Positions 63,100-64,000 of a DNA stretch of 64,000 nucleotides are shown one piece after another. The notes under the pieces were generated by a model that was not told where the DNA came from, ran no database searches, and saw only the letters and a list, made by a program, of their open reading frames with translations. Position 1 is the stretch's first letter. Every line of letters begins with the position of its first letter. The position numbers and the translations under genes were made by a program. The stretch is from an uncultured Candidatus Entotheonella sp. (lineage in GTDB: Bacteria > Tectomicrobia > Entotheonellia > Entotheonellales > Entotheonellaceae), in contig OZ244252.1 in the NCBI GenBank assembly GCA_965217185.1, forward strand, positions 288,001 to 352,000. Direction: 5' to 3'.

Positions 63100-64000
63100 T
63101 CAATAGCCGATGGCCTGGCCGTCGCGGCGCGGGTCGGCGGCTCCGCTCAGCGCGCCGGATTGTGGGTCGATGCGGATGGCGTGCACGCCGCCGAAGTAGC
63201 GGTCCTTAGTGGCGTAACGTTCGACGATATGGCCCTTTTGTTCCAGTTGCGCGGCCACCTGTGGTTCAATGCCCGCTTCCAGGTGCAGGATTCCGTCTTG
63301 CCAGTGCGTGCGCGGCGCGGCCACCGCGGCGGCGAGGTCCATGTCATGGTCGATGACGTTGGACAGGGTCTGCAGGACCGCGGAGGGGATTCGATGACTG
63401 GCGGGAGACCCCAGAATCATGAAGGGCCGGTCGTCCTTGAGCACGATGGTCGGGCACATGTGGCTGCGCGGGATTTTGCCCGGCGCCACGGCGTTGACGT
63501 GGGCGCGGCCTTCGGAGAAGTCGTTCATTTCGCCGTTGAGCAGCAGGCCGGTGCCGTCCAGCACCATGCCGGAACCCCAGAAGAGGCCGATGGTCTGCGT
63601 GGCGGAGACGATGTTGCCCCAGCGGTCGATGATCGAATAGTGCGTTGTGCATCCCTGACCGTCGTCGGGCGAGCTGTCGGGCGAGAACGCCGGGTTGGCT
63701 CGATCGAGTGACAGGTTGCGGCCGAGGTTGGCGGCCCACGCTTTGTCGATCAACTCGTCCATTGGAATCGCCGGCAGGGTGTCGGGGTCGGCGATATAGC
63801 GCTCGCCCGCCGCGAATGACGCCTTGAGCGCCTCGGCGATCAGGTGGATGGTGTCGGCGGCGTGCGGTCCCCAATCTCGCACGGGGTAGCGTTCCAGGAC
63901 GTTGAGAACCTGGAGCAGCCGCATCCCGCCGGTGCTTGGGGGTGGGGTGGTTAGCAGGGTGTAACCTCGGTAGGTACCGCGGATAACGGGGCGTTCATGC
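63100..64000 (-). CDS. ggt: Gamma-glutamyltransferase (5' part outside window)
   Basis: PPPSTGG, TTHYSIID, LLNGEMNDF, PGKIPRS.M.P, GAADPRRDG. Confidence 0.9.
   Translation of the reverse strand, partial: HERPVIRGTYRGYTLLTTPPPSTGGMRLLQVLNVLERYPVRDWGPHAADTIHLIAEALKASFAAGERYIADPDTLPAIPMDELIDKAWAANLGRNLSLDRANPAFSPDSSPDDGQGCTTHYSIIDRWGNIVSATQTIGLFWGSGMVLDGTGLLLNGEMNDFSEGRAHVNAVAPGKIPRSHMCPTIVLKDDRPFMILGSPASHRIPSAVLQTLSNVIDHDMDLAAAVAAPRTHWQDGILHLEAGIEPQVAAQLEQKGHIVERYATKDRYFGGVHAIRIDPQSGALSGAADPRRDGQAIGY

Overview
GC-rich bacterial chromosomal window in three parts. (1) ~1.2-17.8 kb: a defence island right after tRNA-Asn(GTT). It holds a type I R-M locus (hsdM, hsdS, hsdR, M48/YgjP peptidase) interleaved with a PIN TA pair, a DUF1828-like gene and a frameshifted ABC-ATPase/TOPRIM nuclease, then TA remnants, a PHP+SMC-like ATPase (Ppl/TrlF-like), a SRAP gene and higBA. 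(2) ~17.9-46.2 kb: metabolic genes (CitE/HpcH lyases, LLM monooxygenase, hydrolase, a selenocysteine peroxiredoxin that the ORF track splits, an RdhA/QueG-like Fe-S protein, norCBQD with di-heme NorC, mdh, malic enzyme, tandem SDRs, GcvT/YgfZ, ADP-forming acyl-CoA ligase). This part also has an IS5 carrying a nested IS630-derived MITE, an AAA+/vWA fusion with an A10 slippery run at the domain boundary, and a lower-GC coiled-coil+HNH pair. (3) ~46.3-61.3 kb: a decayed mobile region (DUF4062 pseudogene, IS5-type MITE, IS701, SPFH/NfeD, TnpB remnant, IS110, resolvase, IS1182/IS5-like element, IS630, TA), followed by long-form ilvC and a partial ggt. No CRISPR array or rRNA was seen. Family assignments come from motif recognition by eye, not database searches; single-base lesions could be assembly errors.
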